DNA from: a virus
Lineage: Duplodnaviria; Caudoviricetes
Direction: 5' to 3' (one strand)
DNA length: 61,215 nt
IMG/VR virus record: IMGVR_UViG_3300022833_000412
Coordinates: 1 to 61,215 of that record
Position numbers and translations under genes: made by a program. Shown piece after piece: positions 18,615-28,273 of the stretch (positions are counted from its first letter, which is position 1; each line of letters opens with the position of its first letter). The notes beneath the pieces are model-generated. The model saw only the letters and a list, made by a program, of their open reading frames with translations, was not told the DNA's origin and did no database searches.

Positions 18615-19409
18615 ATGGCAGCATTAAAAGTATTATCCGACTACGGTCCGGTGTTCCAAGTAAAAGCGATAGGAGCACTACTCTCAAAGAAAGAGTTTAT
18701 TCAAAATATAAACGATATATTAACAGACGAACACTTTCCTAATCCAGCACACAAATGGGTAATAAATCAGATACTTAAGTACTGGCATAAATACCATACA
18801 GTAATATCTATGGAGATACTAACCATAGAGGTTAAAAAGCTAGAGAATGAAATACTTCAAACATCCATTAGGGAACAGTTAAAAGAAGCATATAGACATT
18901 CAGATGCTGAGTTAGCATACGTAGAGGAAGAGTTCACTACTTTCTGTAAGAATCAAAAACTAAAAGGAGCTCTTTTGGATTCTGTAGACTTGCTTAACAT
19001 AGGAGAGTATGATAGTATTAGATTCCTAATAGATAGCGCATTAAAAGCAGGTACTGATAAGAATATCGGACACGAGTACAATAAAGATATAGAAACACGA
19101 TACAGAGAAGATTCAAGACCTACTATACCAACACCGTGGCCAGATATTAATAATATACTTCAAGGTGGTTTCGGACCTGGAGACTTAGGTATAGTTTTCG
19201 GAAACCCAGGAGGAGGTAAATGCTTAGGGTATGACTCAACCATAGAAATAGAGTATCCTGAATACGGTTTACCTATAACTAATAATGACGGAGAAGAAAT
19301 AACTATGTGGGTAGAGCCTTGGGATGAGTTTAATATCGACGGTAACCATTTATACGGATGGCAAATGGCTAAGATCTTTGGGTACATAGAAGATAATAAA
19401 ACTAAATAA
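18615..19409 (+). CDS. DnaB/gp41-like replicative helicase N-terminal fragment fused to a split-intein N-part
   Basis: IPTPW..INNILQGG..PGDLGIVFGNPGGGK, then CLGYDSTIEI (intein block A) from aa 203, then a stop. Confidence 0.9.
   Translation: MAALKVLSDYGPVFQVKAIGALLSKKEFIQNINDILTDEHFPNPAHKWVINQILKYWHKYHTVISMEILTIEVKKLENEILQTSIREQLKEAYRHSDAELAYVEEEFTTFCKNQKLKGALLDSVDLLNIGEYDSIRFLIDSALKAGTDKNIGHEYNKDIETRYREDSRPTIPTPWPDINNILQGGFGPGDLGIVFGNPGGGKCLGYDSTIEIEYPEYGLPITNNDGEEITMWVEPWDEFNIDGNHLYGWQMAKIFGYIEDNKTK
19221..19406 (+). other. Split intein N-fragment (IntN, 62 aa)
   Basis: Begins with Cys (TGC 19221) directly after the Walker A Lys; acidic. Confidence 0.85.
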
Positions 19410-19420
19410 GTTATAAATAA

Positions 19421-19828
19421 ATGAAAGTAAGAATTAAAACACGTAAGATTAAGATTGGAGATCTATTCTTTAAACTAGGGGTAGAACCTTATCAAAATAA
19501 CCTTTACCTTCCTGAGTTCGATATAAAAGTTAAAACCCCCTACGGTTATAAACCTATAATGACTCTGTTCACAACAGAAAGACAATCCTCAGTAAGAAGC
19601 TACTTCAGTAACGGTACAGACATACAAACATCAGGTAAACACCAATTCAAGACAGAGAATAGAGACTGGGTAATGGCTGATGAGATAACCTCAGAAGATT
19701 TAGTTATAACAGAAACCGGAACAACTACCTTAACAAAACAAACTAAGGATAAAAAAGAGGAAGTACTCTACGACCTTTCTGTAGTGGATGTACATTGTTA
19801 TTATAGTAACGGAATACTATCTCATAAC
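19421..19828 (+). other. Split intein C-fragment (IntC, 136 aa, no homing endonuclease)
   Basis: KIKIGDLF, VKTPYGYKPI, block B TSGKH, block F LYDLSV, block G YYSNGILSHN followed by Ser (+1). Confidence 0.9.
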
Positions 19829-20602
19829 TCATGGCTTATGGTAGCAATGGCAGCTCATGCAGTACGGTTAGGTTACAACGTAGTATATTATACTCTAGAA
19901 CTTGGAGAAGACTACGTAGGAAAAAGGGTTGATTGTTACTTAACAGGGGTAGATATCGAACATATAGCAGACCATAGAACTAAGGTAGAAGGTATGGTAG
20001 AATCACTTCCCGGAAAGCTTATAATTAAAGAGTATCCGCCTAAGATGGCATCGGTATCTACAATAAGAGCTCACTTACAAAAATGCACAGACTCAGAACT
20101 AAAACCAGACCTTGTAATTATAGACTATATCGATTACCTAAGAGGAAATGTGAGTAGTAAGTTTGCAGAGAGGAAAGATGAAATAGATGATGTATACGTA
20201 GCATGTAAAGGTCTAGCAAAGGAACTTAAAATACCTATCATATCACCTTCACAAGTAAACAGAATGGGAGCTAAGGATGATATAATTGAAGGAGACAAAG
20301 CAGCAGGATCTTACGATAAGATAATGGTTTCCGACTTCTGCATGTCCTTATCAAGGAAGAAAGAAGATAAGTTAAATGGAACAGGTAGAGTTCATATTAT
20401 GAAAAATAGATACGGGATGGACGGTATGACGTTTGGAGCAAAGATGGACACCTCTAACGGACACATTGAGCTTACAGAAGATGTACCTACCTATGATGAC
20501 ACACCAGCTCCTGGTAATGCTAAGTCTTTTAACCTTATGGATAGTTTCGATAAAAAAGAACTCTCTAAGAAATTCTCACAACTTTCTACGTTTTCTTCGT
20601 AG
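19421..20602 (+). CDS. Split-intein C-part fused to the DnaB/gp41-like helicase C-terminal fragment
   Basis: After LSHN|S come VVYYTLEL, LIIKEYP, Walker B LVIIDYID, PIISPSQVNR and IMKNRYG. Confidence 0.92.
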   Translation: MKVRIKTRKIKIGDLFFKLGVEPYQNNLYLPEFDIKVKTPYGYKPIMTLFTTERQSSVRSYFSNGTDIQTSGKHQFKTENRDWVMADEITSEDLVITETGTTTLTKQTKDKKEEVLYDLSVVDVHCYYSNGILSHNSWLMVAMAAHAVRLGYNVVYYTLELGEDYVGKRVDCYLTGVDIEHIADHRTKVEGMVESLPGKLIIKEYPPKMASVSTIRAHLQKCTDSELKPDLVIIDYIDYLRGNVSSKFAERKDEIDDVYVACKGLAKELKIPIISPSQVNRMGAKDDIIEGDKAAGSYDKIMVSDFCMSLSRKKEDKLNGTGRVHIMKNRYGMDGMTFGAKMDTSNGHIELTEDVPTYDDTPAPGNAKSFNLMDSFDKKELSKKFSQLSTFSS

Positions 20603-20664
20603 AAAACCTAATTTTTTTTAAAAACCACATAAGTATTATATACAATTTAAAAATAAATAAAAAA

Positions 20665-22521
20665 ATGGACATCAGTCAAAAAATCCTATCAGACATTACA
20701 GTCTTCCTCAAGTACGCAAAATACACGCCAGAGCTTAATAGAAGAGAAGTATGGGAAGAACTTGTTAACAGGAACAAGAATATGCACCTAAAGAAATACC
20801 CGGACCTGTCGGAAGAAATAGAAAACGCTTATAAATTCGTATACGATAAGAAGACTCTACCTTCTATGCGGAGTATGCAATTTGCCGGCAAGCCAGTTGA
20901 AATAAGTCCAAACCGTATATACAATTGTGCATACGCTCCTATAGACGATTGGAGAACCTTCGGTGAGATTATGTTCCTACTCTTAGGAGGTACAGGTATG
21001 GGATACAGCGTACAAAGGCACCACATCGAAAAACTACCAGAAATACGTAGACCGAACCCTACTAAGTTTAGGAGGTTCCTAATTGGAGACTCTATCGAAG
21101 GGTGGGCAGACGCTGTAAAAGCATTAATGAAATCTCACTTCCACGGAGGATCTACCTTACGGTTTGATTATTTAGATATAAGACCTAAAGGAGCAGCCTT
21201 AATAACATCTGGAGGGAAAGCACCAGGACCGCAGCCACTTAAAGAATGTTTAGTTAAGATACAAGGTATATTAGACCTTAAAGAAGATGGAGATAAGTTA
21301 GAACCTATCGAAGTACATGATATTGTATGTCATATAGCTGATGCAGTTCTTGCAGGAGGTATTAGACGAGCAGCTTTAATATCCCTATTCTCCGCAGATG
21401 ATGAAGAAATGATATCCTGTAAATCAGGTAACTGGTGGGAGTTAAACCCACAACGAGGTAGAGCTAATAACTCTGCAACTCTACTACGAAGAAAAGTTAC
21501 TAAAGAATATTTCTTAGAACTTTGGAGTAGAGTAAAAGCATCCGGAGCAGGTGAACCAGGTATAATCTTTACGAACAATAAAGACTGGGGAACAAATCCA
21601 TGCGCAGAAATAGCACTTAGACCTTATTCATTTTGTAACCTATGTGAAGTTAACGTAAGTGACGTAGGTACTCAGAAAGAACTAAACGAAAGAGTAAAGG
21701 CTGCATCCTTTCTAGGAACACTTCAAGCAGGTTATACAGACTTCCACTACTTAAGAGAGGTTTGGAGACGTACTACAGAAAAGGATGCATTAATAGGAGT
21801 ATCGATGACAGGTATAGCTTCTGCAGCAGTACTGAAGCTAGATATTACCGAAGCAGCAACTGTTGCTACAGAGGAGAATGAAAGGGTTGCTGCACTTATT
21901 AATATAAACAAAGCTGCTCGTGTAACAACCGTGAAGCCTGCAGGGACAACCTCACTAACATTAGGGACATCATCAGGAATACATGCTTGGCATAACGACT
22001 ACTACTTAAGGAGAATAAGAATAGGTAAGAACGAGTCTCTATACATACACCTAGCAAAATACCATCCTGAACTAATAGAAGATGAATACTTCAGACCCCA
22101 CGATACCGCTGTTATAACGATACCGCAGAAAGCACCAGAAGGAGCAATACTAAGAACTGAAAGTGCAATAGAACTTTTAGAGAGAGTTAAGAAGGTCTAC
22201 ATAGAATGGGTTAAACCAGGGCATAGGAACGGAAGTAATGCACATAACGTATCTGCAACTATCTCAATTAAAGACGACGGTTGGGAAGAAGTAGCAGAGT
22301 GGATGTGGAAAGAACGTAAGAACTATAATGGACTATCAGTATTACCACACTCCTCGCATACATATATTCAGAGTCCCTTTGAAGATTGTACTAAGGAAGA
22401 ATATGAAAAGTTAATGAAAACTCTAGTAGGAGTAGATTTATCGAAAGTAGTTGAAATGGATGACAATACAGAACTAGCAGGCGAAGTAGCTTGTGGACCT
22501 CTTGGATGTCACGTAGAATAA
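20665..22521 (+). CDS. nrdJ: Class II (adenosylcobalamin-dependent) ribonucleotide reductase
   Basis: PSMRSMQFAG, IYNCA, GTNPCAEI, FCNLCEVN, TVKPAGT, C-terminal CGPLGC; no small-subunit gene adjacent. Confidence 0.9.
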   Translation: MDISQKILSDITVFLKYAKYTPELNRREVWEELVNRNKNMHLKKYPDLSEEIENAYKFVYDKKTLPSMRSMQFAGKPVEISPNRIYNCAYAPIDDWRTFGEIMFLLLGGTGMGYSVQRHHIEKLPEIRRPNPTKFRRFLIGDSIEGWADAVKALMKSHFHGGSTLRFDYLDIRPKGAALITSGGKAPGPQPLKECLVKIQGILDLKEDGDKLEPIEVHDIVCHIADAVLAGGIRRAALISLFSADDEEMISCKSGNWWELNPQRGRANNSATLLRRKVTKEYFLELWSRVKASGAGEPGIIFTNNKDWGTNPCAEIALRPYSFCNLCEVNVSDVGTQKELNERVKAASFLGTLQAGYTDFHYLREVWRRTTEKDALIGVSMTGIASAAVLKLDITEAATVATEENERVAALININKAARVTTVKPAGTTSLTLGTSSGIHAWHNDYYLRRIRIGKNESLYIHLAKYHPELIEDEYFRPHDTAVITIPQKAPEGAILRTESAIELLERVKKVYIEWVKPGHRNGSNAHNVSATISIKDDGWEEVAEWMWKERKNYNGLSVLPHSSHTYIQSPFEDCTKEEYEKLMKTLVGVDLSKVVEMDDNTELAGEVACGPLGCHVE

Positions 22522-22540
22522 TTAAATAAACATACAGAAG

Positions 22541-22563
22541 ATAGGGGTGTTAATAGCCCCTAT
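22541..22563 (+). terminator. Hairpin/terminator after nrdJ
   Basis: ATAGGGG...CCCCTAT stem. Confidence 0.5.
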
Positions 22564-22632
22564 CCCTATGTATACTAAAATAAGTATTACATTAAACATT
22601 TATATAGTGCTTACCTTATAAACAAGTCATTT

Positions 22633-22875
22633 ATGAAATTATTAAACTGGATAAAAGGGGTATTAGAAGATGAAAAAGGAAGTCCTTCTTCTAAAAGAAT
22701 TATGGGACTTATCGCAGGTATTTGTTTATGTGCTACAATGATTGTAAACAGTTTTACAGACGTATCCGTAGCTCCTTCAACTGCCTTAGTTAATGCAGTA
22801 GCAGCTCTAACATTCGGAGCACTTGGACTAACATCTATAGATAAAATCTGGAATAATAAAAATAATCAGAGCTAG
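22633..22875 (+). CDS. Putative holin (two TM helices)
   Basis: SSKR motif followed by two hydrophobic segments, directly upstream of the endolysin. Confidence 0.65.
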   Translation: MKLLNWIKGVLEDEKGSPSSKRIMGLIAGICLCATMIVNSFTDVSVAPSTALVNAVAALTFGALGLTSIDKIWNNKNNQS

Positions 22876-22913
22876 TAATTAATAACCAGTATTTGAACAA
22901 ATAACACCCTATT

Positions 22914-23795
22914 ATGATTTTAAGACTTAACTCAAGAAACACAGAAGTTAAACAGTTACAAAAGTTTCTAAATTCACCTGCAGACGGTATTTTCGGAAAA
23001 GGTACAGAAGAAGCCGTTAAGAACTGGCAACTTGCAAATCATCTAATACCGGACGGCATTGTAGGCCCTAATACCTGGGACGCTATGGGTATAGCAACTA
23101 CTGATGCTTTCGAAAAAACCTATACAACACAAAACGGACTAATCGTAAATAGACATTTTTTACCAAGTCACGAGTATAAGAAAGGACCGACAAACCCAGA
23201 GTGGGTATTTATACATCATACAGCAGGCTGGAATAATCCATTTAAAACTATAGACAACTGGAGCAATGACACCCGCGGTGCTATCTGTACAGAATTTACC
23301 CTCGGAGGACCTAAAGTATCAGACGGAAGTGTCGACTATGATGGTGTTACGGTTCAAGCATTCCCTGAAGGTAACTACGGGTACCATTTAGGCAGAAACG
23401 GGTCTAGAACGATGCATAAAAACTCAGTAGGAATGGAACTCTGCAATTTCGGATACATTATTAACGGAAGAACCTATGCTGGAACAGTAGCAAAGGAATC
23501 TCAGATAGTAACACTACCTAAACCTTTCAGAGGTCATTTAACCTGGCACAGGTATTCTAATACTCAAATAGAATCTTTACAGAAATGGCTTCTTTTTATA
23601 GGAGAGAGAGACAACATAGACATTAGAGCAGGATTACCTACTTTGGTTAAGAGCCTAGGAGCAGATGCTTTTGAATTTAACGAAGATGCTTTTTACGGAA
23701 GAGTTAAAGGCACCTGGACACATACAAATACCCGTAAAGATAAGTTTGATATGTTTCCACAACCGGAATTACTAGACATGCTTGTAAGTTTATAG
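22914..23795 (+). CDS. Endolysin: peptidoglycan-binding domain + N-acetylmuramoyl-L-alanine amidase
   Basis: DGIFGKGTEEAVKNWQ / DGIVGPNTW (PG-binding domain); FIHHTAG, SVGMELC, THTNTRKDKFD (amidase_2-like). Confidence 0.9.
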   Translation: MILRLNSRNTEVKQLQKFLNSPADGIFGKGTEEAVKNWQLANHLIPDGIVGPNTWDAMGIATTDAFEKTYTTQNGLIVNRHFLPSHEYKKGPTNPEWVFIHHTAGWNNPFKTIDNWSNDTRGAICTEFTLGGPKVSDGSVDYDGVTVQAFPEGNYGYHLGRNGSRTMHKNSVGMELCNFGYIINGRTYAGTVAKESQIVTLPKPFRGHLTWHRYSNTQIESLQKWLLFIGERDNIDIRAGLPTLVKSLGADAFEFNEDAFYGRVKGTWTHTNTRKDKFDMFPQPELLDMLVSL

Positions 23796-23834
23796 TAATA
23801 AAGTTAACAAAATAAACACAGTAAACAAAAATAA

Positions 23835-24440
23835 ATGGATATTATAGTAATGATTACCACTATCGTAGTTGCATTAATAACAGCAGTATTAGGACCTATA
23901 GTAGTAGCTTGGTTTAAAAAGAAAATAGACCCTGTTAAAAAAGCCTACCCTCTTGGAGAAGCAATTGCACTAAACTCAGTAGTAGACGACCAGTTAGAAA
24001 CGGTAAGAGCAGACTTAAGAGCTGATAGAGTATGGGTAACCCAATTTCATAACGGCGGCCACTTTTACCCTACCAGTAAATCAATCCAAAAGTTCTCTAT
24101 ATTCTACGAAAAAACCTCATTACACACTATACCTAGCCAAATGGTATTTCAAAATATACCATGCTCCCTTTTTCCAAAAGCAATGTCAGAGCTAAGTGAT
24201 AAAGGAGAAATATCAGTACCTTCCACCACAGCAGAAGATTACGGACTCAGTCAGTTTGCAGAGCAATATGGAACTAAGTCTTTCTACATGGTAGCACTAC
24301 AGGACTTAGAAGGACACTTTATAGGAACTCTATCTGTAGCTTATAACACAGATTATAAACTTACTAAAGAGAACTGGGCATATCTTAAACAAAAAGCAGC
24401 AGCAGTCGGCACACTCCTCAATGATTACCTAAAAGTTTAA
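23835..24440 (+). CDS. Single-TM protein with GAF-like domain (lysis module)
   Basis: N-terminal TM helix; ADRVWVTQFHNGGHFY and GTKSFYMVAL..FIGTLSV GAF-like segments. Confidence 0.65.
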   Translation: MDIIVMITTIVVALITAVLGPIVVAWFKKKIDPVKKAYPLGEAIALNSVVDDQLETVRADLRADRVWVTQFHNGGHFYPTSKSIQKFSIFYEKTSLHTIPSQMVFQNIPCSLFPKAMSELSDKGEISVPSTTAEDYGLSQFAEQYGTKSFYMVALQDLEGHFIGTLSVAYNTDYKLTKENWAYLKQKAAAVGTLLNDYLKV

Positions 24441-24512
24441 AATTAGCTTGATTACACAGGTACTTATTCGTATTATTACTATTATAAAAATAGTAAATTA
24501 AAATAAGTAAAC

Positions 24513-24716
24513 ATGAAAAAAGTATTAAGTTTTATTAAAACAACATACACCGCTGTTAAAAGTTGGATTGTATCAAACAGAATTGAAGGTATAGTAGCTG
24601 TGATAGCTGGAATTATACTCTGGAGTACTGGTTTCCCTATTTACGCAGGGTTTGCATTTGGAGTATTTGCATGTAAGAACTGGGAACTGTTTAAGAGTCA
24701 ATTCGCAAAAGGATAA
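24513..24716 (+). CDS. Small membrane protein
   Basis: 67 aa with two hydrophobic segments. Confidence 0.6.
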   Translation: MKKVLSFIKTTYTAVKSWIVSNRIEGIVAVIAGIILWSTGFPIYAGFAFGVFACKNWELFKSQFAKG

Positions 24717-24727
24717 ACACCCCTTAA

Positions 24728-25978
24728 ATGTTAGAAGAAATACAAAAAAGAGTGTTACCATTCATAATAGCTCTCTCAGCATTATCCGTATCTGCTTCCG
24801 CTGCTTTCTACTCAGTTAGCGGCCTTAGTAAACTATTTGCAGGAGCAGCATTTGCAGTTATAGTAATGGCTACCTCCTTAGAAGTAGCTAAACTAGTGAT
24901 TGCTTCCCTACTATATCAGTACCGTAAATCACTACCTGTAGTCTTAAAAGCGTATCTTTCAGCAGCTTGTTTTATATTAATATTAATAACAAGTATGGGA
25001 ATTTACGGATTTCTATCCTCAGCATACCAAGCAACAGCTTTAAAATCCGGAGCTGTTGATTCACAGATTACTTTAATAGAAACTAGAAGAGATAACACTA
25101 AAGAACAGCTTGTAGTTTATGCTAATGAAAAGAAAGGTATTGATAAAGCTGTAGCAGAGTTACGATCCGGATTAGCAAACAATACAATACAGTATACGAA
25201 TGCAAACGGTGAATTAGTAACTACTACCTCCTCATCAACCCGAAGAGCGTTAGAAAAACAACTAGACCATTCAATGAATAGGCAAACTAGCATTAACAGT
25301 AAGGTAGACGCTTTGAACATTAAACTATTCGACTATGAAACTGAAATTATAGAAGTCTCAACTAACAACGATGTATCTGAAGAACTAAACTCGTTAAAGT
25401 ACTTATCAGGACTTACCGGTATACCGATGGATAAAATTATAAACTGCCTACTGTTAATTATTATCTTCGTCTTTGATCCTCTAGCAATAGCACTTGTAAT
25501 AGCTGCCAACTTCGCATTTAGTAGGATAAAAAGTAAAAAAGCTATCCCTATAGAGGATGTAGTAGAGAATATGCGAAACGTAGTTGATTCTTACGATAGT
25601 CTTTCAAACTCCTTAGATGAATACGAAGAAACTACCTTTAGAGAAGATTTAGAAGAGGGTATCGTAGACAATAGCGCTACTGAGTTAGGAGAGGAGTTTG
25701 AAGAAGCAGACATTGCCTTTGAAGAAGATTTAGTGAAGGTGTTAACAGACAAGCCGGAAAGTAAACCAATTCAAGATAAAGCTCCTTACATAAACACCTT
25801 TGAAGACAGTAAACTTGTTGAAACCACTATTAATAAAGAAAAAGGAGTTTTAGGAACATATAAAGACCCTTCTCAACTATCTAGTTACCGTAAACGTAAG
25901 TTAGAAGAACTTGAAAGGAGTAAGAACAAGTCTACTGTGAGAAAAGCACCTCCGGATGACGATGTTAAAATTTACTAA
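24728..25978 (+). CDS. Multi-TM coiled-coil membrane protein
   Basis: Three N-terminal TM segments, a coiled coil, a TM segment with IFVFDPLAI, and an acidic tail. Confidence 0.7.
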   Translation: MLEEIQKRVLPFIIALSALSVSASAAFYSVSGLSKLFAGAAFAVIVMATSLEVAKLVIASLLYQYRKSLPVVLKAYLSAACFILILITSMGIYGFLSSAYQATALKSGAVDSQITLIETRRDNTKEQLVVYANEKKGIDKAVAELRSGLANNTIQYTNANGELVTTTSSSTRRALEKQLDHSMNRQTSINSKVDALNIKLFDYETEIIEVSTNNDVSEELNSLKYLSGLTGIPMDKIINCLLLIIIFVFDPLAIALVIAANFAFSRIKSKKAIPIEDVVENMRNVVDSYDSLSNSLDEYEETTFREDLEEGIVDNSATELGEEFEEADIAFEEDLVKVLTDKPESKPIQDKAPYINTFEDSKLVETTINKEKGVLGTYKDPSQLSSYRKRKLEELERSKNKSTVRKAPPDDDVKIY

Positions 25979-26046
25979 CAGCAAAGTTGTAAAAGACTAA
26001 AAGGAGTGTTATATTAAAGAATATTTAAAAGTTATAAGTAAAGAAA

Positions 26047-26967
26047 ATGCAAGATCAAAGTACAAACCAAGAAAAAGTAGTTAAAATCGCTGGGCATCAC
26101 CTTGGTAAAGTAGGTGGAGCTGGGTACAGCGACATATACAACCCCGCACTATTAGTAGCTATCCCTAGAAACCTTAATAGAGAAGGGTACGGTATTAAGG
26201 AAGACAGTTTACCTTTCGTAGGAAGCGACGTATGGAATGCATACGAAGTATCAGCTATCACACAGAAAGGGAGACCTGTAGCAGGTATGATGAAAATAGT
26301 ATATCCTGCTAACTCACCACTGCATGTAGAGTCTAAATCTATAAAACTGTACTTCAATTCCTTCAATATGACTCGTATGGGCAATACTGCCAACGAATGT
26401 ATTAGCGAATTTGAAGATAGAGTAGCAAATGACTTATCTCTCTGCCTTAATACTGAAGTAGAAGTAAAGTTCTTCTACAACGACTTTAAAGCAGAGGCAG
26501 ATTTCGGAACAGGTTTTACAAACCTTGACCAACTAGTAGACCTAGATACTATAAAGTTTAATGTATTCAAATCAGATGCAAATCAATTAGAAAGCTTAGA
26601 CCAAGAAGTCTCAGATAAAGTGGTAAAAGTACAGTCCGATCTTTTAAGATCTAATTGTAGAGTAACAAACCAACCCGACTGGGGAGATGTATACATCCAC
26701 ATGGAAGGAGTAAAGCAACCAGACTATGCATCAATCGCAAGATATATTGTATCACATCGACAAGTTTCTCACTTTCACGAAGAGATTGTAGAGATGGTTT
26801 TTACACACCTTAACGAAGCATATAGACCAGACAAATTAATGGTTTGCGCACTATATACAAGAAGAGGAGGGTTAGATATTAATCCTATAAGAGCAACACA
26901 TCAAGACATGATACCAGTAGAATTTGTAGGAGTAGATTTTAGAAATAAAAAAACTCTTAGGCAGTAA
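26047..26967 (+). CDS. queF: NADPH-dependent 7-cyano-7-deazaguanine (preQ0) reductase, bimodular type
   Basis: DVWNAYEVS, QueF motif VESKSIKLYFNSF, LLRSNCRVTNQPDWG, FHEE, YTRRGGLDINP. Confidence 0.95.
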   Translation: MQDQSTNQEKVVKIAGHHLGKVGGAGYSDIYNPALLVAIPRNLNREGYGIKEDSLPFVGSDVWNAYEVSAITQKGRPVAGMMKIVYPANSPLHVESKSIKLYFNSFNMTRMGNTANECISEFEDRVANDLSLCLNTEVEVKFFYNDFKAEADFGTGFTNLDQLVDLDTIKFNVFKSDANQLESLDQEVSDKVVKVQSDLLRSNCRVTNQPDWGDVYIHMEGVKQPDYASIARYIVSHRQVSHFHEEIVEMVFTHLNEAYRPDKLMVCALYTRRGGLDINPIRATHQDMIPVEFVGVDFRNKKTLRQ

Positions 26968-27011
26968 AATCTTATAGTTGTAGAGTCTTAAAAGTATTCG
27001 TATATTTAGGC

Positions 27012-27287
27012 ATGGAAGGAAAAAAGAAAAACACTTATGTGCCGAAAGTATACGAAAGAGCAACTACTTACCAGTTAGAGATGGAAAATGAAGACGGTTC
27101 AATATGTGTATGGAAGTACGACAAGAAAAAAAACGCATATGGACCGTACTCTACAACTACAAAGTACCCGCCGGGTTATAAATTTTACCGAAACGTAAAA
27201 ATAGCAAAATCACAACGAACGTATTTAAACCCTAAAACCGGAAGAGAGGTCTCCTACGCACGTGCTAGGAACTTAGGACTGGTTTAA
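27012..27287 (+). CDS. Hypothetical protein (probably leaderless)
   Basis: 91 aa; ATG 11 nt after the start of the -7 box. Confidence 0.65.
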   Translation: MEGKKKNTYVPKVYERATTYQLEMENEDGSICVWKYDKKKNAYGPYSTTTKYPPGYKFYRNVKIAKSQRTYLNPKTGREVSYARARNLGLV

Positions 27288-27302
27288 TTTAAAAAAAAAT
27301 AA

Positions 27303-27743
27303 ATGACAACAGTAACAGTATTAGTAATAGTAATAGGAATCCTCTTCATAGCAATGTCTTACCTAAGGGTCACCCTATTAGCAGCACAAGCCCACATAAC
27401 AACACAAGCTGCGAAGTTTGACAGTGAGAGAGAAGGTATTATAAGAAAAGCAAAGTTTAGATCATCCTCAGTAAACTGGGGTCTTGCTATAGAAAACTTC
27501 GCTCCTTTTATAGATAAGTTTCCACTTCCACCAGAAGACGTCACTTTCTTAGGCAAGCCGATAGACTTCGTAGGTTACAAAGACACAGGATCTCCTACAA
27601 AATGCTCAGTCCATTTTATAGAAGTTAAGAGTGGTAAAGCTTTTCTATCAACAAAGCAGAAAAATATTAAAAAAGCTATAGCTGCCGGAAGAGTCCACTG
27701 GCATGAAGTCAGAGTAGCAGCAAACACTAAACAAGAAGATTAA
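27303..27743 (+). CDS. Membrane-anchored Holliday-junction-resolvase-like PD-(D/E)XK endonuclease
   Basis: N-terminal TM helix; FLGKPIDFVG...FIEVKSG..LSTKQK. Confidence 0.8.
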   Translation: MTTVTVLVIVIGILFIAMSYLRVTLLAAQAHITTQAAKFDSEREGIIRKAKFRSSSVNWGLAIENFAPFIDKFPLPPEDVTFLGKPIDFVGYKDTGSPTKCSVHFIEVKSGKAFLSTKQKNIKKAIAAGRVHWHEVRVAANTKQED

Positions 27744-27746
27744 ATA

Positions 27747-27971
27747 ATGGTACTGAGAAAACAAAGTATTCGTAGAATTGAAGAAGTAACGTTAAACGGA
27801 AAACTTACAACAAAGGAAGAGTTGGTAGGATTAAGTTATAACTGGGCTGAGAAGGAAATAATTCTCTTTAAGAAAGTACTTTCCCAAGGAGGTGCCTGTA
27901 GAATAAGAGAAGACACCCTTAGAGTGAATAAAGAAGAAACACAGAGACCAGTCAGTGACAAAACAGCTTAG
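27747..27971 (+). CDS. Hypothetical protein
   Basis: 74-aa ORF in operon context. Confidence 0.6.
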   Translation: MVLRKQSIRRIEEVTLNGKLTTKEELVGLSYNWAEKEIILFKKVLSQGGACRIREDTLRVNKEETQRPVSDKTA

Positions 27972-28015
27972 TCTTAATAGTTGCTTAAAAGAGATATTAA
28001 ACTTATATTAATGTT

Positions 28016-28240
28016 ATGAATATACAAGAACTATACAACACCTTAACCTACGCCGATATGGAAGAGTTACTAACTATCTTAGAAAGGGAAGGGCATATTT
28101 TAGAAGCAGTACACTTAAAAAACCGCCCTAACATATACGATGAAGAGTGGGACAACGTACTAAGTAAACTAGCTCAAGTAAGACTACAGCTTTTAAAGGA
28201 AGATGAAGAATGGGTTAAAACTTTAGCGTTAAAATATTAA
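28016..28240 (+). CDS. Hypothetical protein (probably leaderless)
   Basis: 74 aa; promoter at 27981-28011. Confidence 0.6.
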   Translation: MNIQELYNTLTYADMEELLTILEREGHILEAVHLKNRPNIYDEEWDNVLSKLAQVRLQLLKEDEEWVKTLALKY

Positions 28241-28273
28241 AAAAGTAAAAGTAAAAGTTATAAGTTAAGAAGT

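Noticed and set aside
19409-19421. Helicase break as a frameshift pseudogene or group I intron
   Set aside because: Both flanks carry complementary intein halves, and the 11-nt gap has a normal A-rich start context, with no room for an intron.
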